Shown in pieces: positions 41,712 to 43,681 of a stretch of 43,681 nt of DNA (the first letter of the stretch is position 1; each line of letters opens with the position of its first letter). The translations under genes were made by a program, and so were the position numbers. The notes under the pieces were generated by a model. The model was not told the DNA's origin, made no database searches, and saw only the letters and a program-made list of their open reading frames with translations. The DNA comes from Verrucomicrobiia bacterium (GTDB lineage Bacteria; Chloroflexota; Limnocylindria; Limnocylindrales; CSP1-4): positions 1 to 43,681 of the forward strand of contig DATNBW010000245.1 of assembly GCA_035607275.1 (NCBI GenBank). The letters run 5' to 3'.

Positions 41712-41947
41712 ACGGCATCGCTTCGGCGGCAACCTGCGCGCCGTCCGAGCCAGCGTCCTGCGTCGTCGTCCGTCACGTACCGCCGCTACGCTTTCGCCCA
41801 CCGTTGACCGTCCGCCGGTCGACCGACGGCGGAACGCAGCAACGGGCGCCGGATGTGCGAACAGGCGTGGCCGGACGCCCTCGGAGGCGGCACCGACCGA
41901 GGTCGACCGGGGTTCCCGGGTCGACGGCGAACGAGGAGGAGAAATCG

Positions 41948-43204
41948 ATGAAGTTCGCGAAACTGGCAGTGGTGGGTGCAGCGCTGACGCTTGTCGTCGG
42001 GGCCTGCGGAAGCTCCACCGCCGCGGCGCCGACGGCGATCAAGATCGCCATCGAGCTTCCGCTGCAGGGCTCGGACAAGGCGGCGTCCGATCCGATCATC
42101 AAGGGCATCCGCCTGGCACTCAAGCAGGCCGGCGGCGCCGCGGGTGGCTACACGATCACCATCCCGGACTCGGCGATCTTCGATGACGCCCTTGCCAGCA
42201 CCGGCGCCCACGACCCGCAGACCGGCGCCAACAACATGACCAAGATCGTCTCGGACGAGCAGTACATGGCCGTCATCGGCCCGCTCAACTCGGGCGTTGC
42301 CAAGGCCCAGATCCCGATCTCGAACGCGTCCGGCCTGCTCCAGTGCTCGCCGGCCAACACGAACACGGACCTGACGAAGGGCGCCCCGGCGGCGGCCATC
42401 CGGACGAAGCCGAACAACTACGTCCGCGTCGTCACCACCGACGATATCCAGGGCCCGGCCGCGGCGCTCTACATCTACAACACCCTGAAGAAGACCTCGG
42501 TCTACATCATCGATGACACCCAGACCTTCGGGAAGGGCGTCGCCGACTCGTTCGAGGCCGCCTTCAAGGCTGCCGGCGGCACCGTCGTCAAGCACGACGC
42601 CGCCCCGCAGACCACCCAGGACTACGTCTCGATCATGACGGCCGCCAAGGCCCTCAATCCGCAGGCGATCTACTTCGGCGGCGTGACCGCCAGCGGCGGC
42701 GCGCGCATCCTGCTCGCGGCTGCGCAGGTCGGCCTCGGCAGCATCCCCTTCGTCGGTCCCGACGGGATCAACGATGGCTCCGGCGCCACCGCCAACTCGT
42801 TCCTCAACCTGGCCGGCGCGAAGGCCGCCAACTCGTTCATCACCCTTGCCGGCCCGGGCACGTTCGACGGCAAGGCGAAGTTCGACGCGGACTACAAGGC
42901 CGAGTACGGGATCGACTCGACGGGCTATGCGGGCCAGGGCTTTGCCTGCGCTCAGATCGTCCTCGACGCGATCGGCCGGGCCGGCGCCGGCAAGCCAGCG
43001 TCCTACGCTGCGCTGAAGGAAGCCGTCCGCGCCGCCGCGACGGATACCGGTCACACCTACAAGACCATCGTCGGTGACGTCACCTTCGACAAGAATGGCG
43101 ACACCAGCCAGCTGATCGTCTCGATCTACTCGTTCGATCCGGCCGGCGCGTCCGGCAAGGGCGACTGGAAGTTCGAGTCCCAGCTCGACGCCGCCAAGAA
43201 GTAA
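41948..43204 (+). CDS. ABC transporter substrate-binding lipoprotein, branched-chain amino acid (LivJ/Peripla_BP_6) type
   Basis: GGAGGAG RBS and a lipoprotein signal (MKFAKLAVVGAALTLVVGAC). The family pattern is IKIAIELPLQGSDKAASDPIIKGIRLAL...VIGPLNSGVA...YFGG. Confidence 0.9.
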   Translation: MKFAKLAVVGAALTLVVGACGSSTAAAPTAIKIAIELPLQGSDKAASDPIIKGIRLALKQAGGAAGGYTITIPDSAIFDDALASTGAHDPQTGANNMTKIVSDEQYMAVIGPLNSGVAKAQIPISNASGLLQCSPANTNTDLTKGAPAAAIRTKPNNYVRVVTTDDIQGPAAALYIYNTLKKTSVYIIDDTQTFGKGVADSFEAAFKAAGGTVVKHDAAPQTTQDYVSIMTAAKALNPQAIYFGGVTASGGARILLAAAQVGLGSIPFVGPDGINDGSGATANSFLNLAGAKAANSFITLAGPGTFDGKAKFDADYKAEYGIDSTGYAGQGFACAQIVLDAIGRAGAGKPASYAALKEAVRAAATDTGHTYKTIVGDVTFDKNGDTSQLIVSIYSFDPAGASGKGDWKFESQLDAAKK

Positions 43205-43216
43205 CCACGCGCAACC

Positions 43217-43254
43217 GGAGAGGCCGGGGACCCATCTGGATCCCCGGCCTCTCC
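43217..43254 (+). terminator. hairpin terminator (14-bp perfect stem GGAGAGGCCGGGGA/TCCCCGGCCTCTCC) after the SBP gene
   Basis: Read directly. It lies 13 nt after the stop and is followed by ATATCGATGTTCT. Confidence 0.6.
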
Positions 43255-43297
43255 ATATCGATGTTCTCGTGACAACCCAACCACTCGAGGTCCGGAC

Positions 43298-43642
43298 GTG
43301 ACGGCCACCTCTCCAGCGGTCGCGGCATCGAACTCTCTGACTCGCGGGCTGCGGGTCATCGGTCTGGCCGTCGGCGCGATCCTCATCTACCTGCTCGTGC
43401 TCTGGCGCGCCCTCCGCATCGTGACCGTGGCGCGTGATCTCTACTCGGCGGTCGTCGCCGGGGGAATCGTCATGGCCCTTCTCTTCCAGATCTTCGTGAA
43501 CGTCGGGATGACGATGGGCATCGCGCCGATCACCGGCATCCCGCTGCCGTTCGTCAGCGTCGGCGGGTCGTCGATGATCGCGAACCTCGCGGCGATGGGG
43601 ATCCTCCAGGCGATCCACGCGCGCGGACGGCGGCGCCGGTAG
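43298..43642 (+). pseudogene. C-terminal fragment (last 3 TM helices) of a SEDS-family FtsW/RodA/SpoVE gene
   Basis: FQIFVNVGMTMGIAPITGIPLPFVSVGGSSMIANLAAMGILQAI is the conserved SEDS C-terminus. Only 114 codons are open, against about 370-400 for a full-length protein. A terminator and an unrelated gene lie directly upstream. Confidence 0.6.
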
Positions 43643-43681
43643 ATGGCGAAGCGGAAGAAGACGCCGAAGATCGGGCCGCTG
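43643..43681 (+). CDS. start of an unidentified gene (MAKRKKTPKIGPL...), truncated by the window end
   Basis: The ATG immediately follows the TAG of the SEDS fragment. Only 13 codons are visible. Confidence 0.3.
   Translation, partial: MAKRKKTPKIGPL

Noticed and set aside
36941-43618. Long shadow ORFs 36941-39148 (+), 38859-41141 (+), 41786-43618 (-) and several 250-450-aa Arg-rich ORFs around them
   Set aside because: They are antisense or out of frame to holB, the NYN-domain gene, the GNAT gene and the SBP gene, all of which have clear family signatures.

Overview
The window is about 70% GC and reads like an actinobacterium-type chromosome (inference from composition, codon bias, GGAGG-type RBSs and frequent ATGA/GTGA overlaps). 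All family calls come from motifs read by eye; no database search was run. I support about 45 protein-coding genes, one tRNA-Arg(CCG), several GC-rich hairpin terminators and a few operator-like palindromes. I saw no rRNA, CRISPR array or intact mobile element.

Main blocks:
- **ECF sigma module (0.9-3.6 kb):** an ECF sigma factor with a membrane partner carrying a TolB-like propeller.
- **Mosaic stretch next to tRNA-Arg (3.7-8.5 kb):** a possible decayed IS relic, two truncated gene remnants, and a SARP-alpha/beta-hydrolase fusion.
- **Small regulator/effector pairs:** ArsR-VOC, TetR-MFS, ArsR-SRPBCC and MocR-PNPOx.
- **Complete PHA/PHB locus (15.8-20.7 kb):** padR-phaE-phaC diverging from phasin-phaB-phaA.
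- **Secreted enzymes:** an S8 protease and a 1421-aa multidomain GH13 amylase/pullulanase-like enzyme.
- **Long minus-strand gene string:** a NYN-domain protein, then holB-acyP, three unknown small ORFs, an acyl-ACP thioesterase and an amidohydrolase.
- **Window end:** a LivJ-type solute-binding protein followed by a truncated RodA/FtsW remnant.

Most interesting candidates:
1. A translationally coupled pair: a very acidic 101-aa protein and a 228-aa protein with a PD-(D/E)xK/DUF234-like motif. A third unknown ORF sits just upstream (35.6-37.0 kb).
2. A PhaE-like synthase subunit that ends in 18 uninterrupted collagen-like G-X-Y triplets followed by APAKSS-type basic repeats.
3. A NYN (PIN-like RNase) domain fused to about 500 aa of RGG-rich and KRRTTRKKA-repeat low-complexity sequence.

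Three short perfect tandem duplications each straddle a gene's stop codon. Many long ORFs in the track are antisense or out-of-frame shadows typical of high-GC DNA and were rejected.
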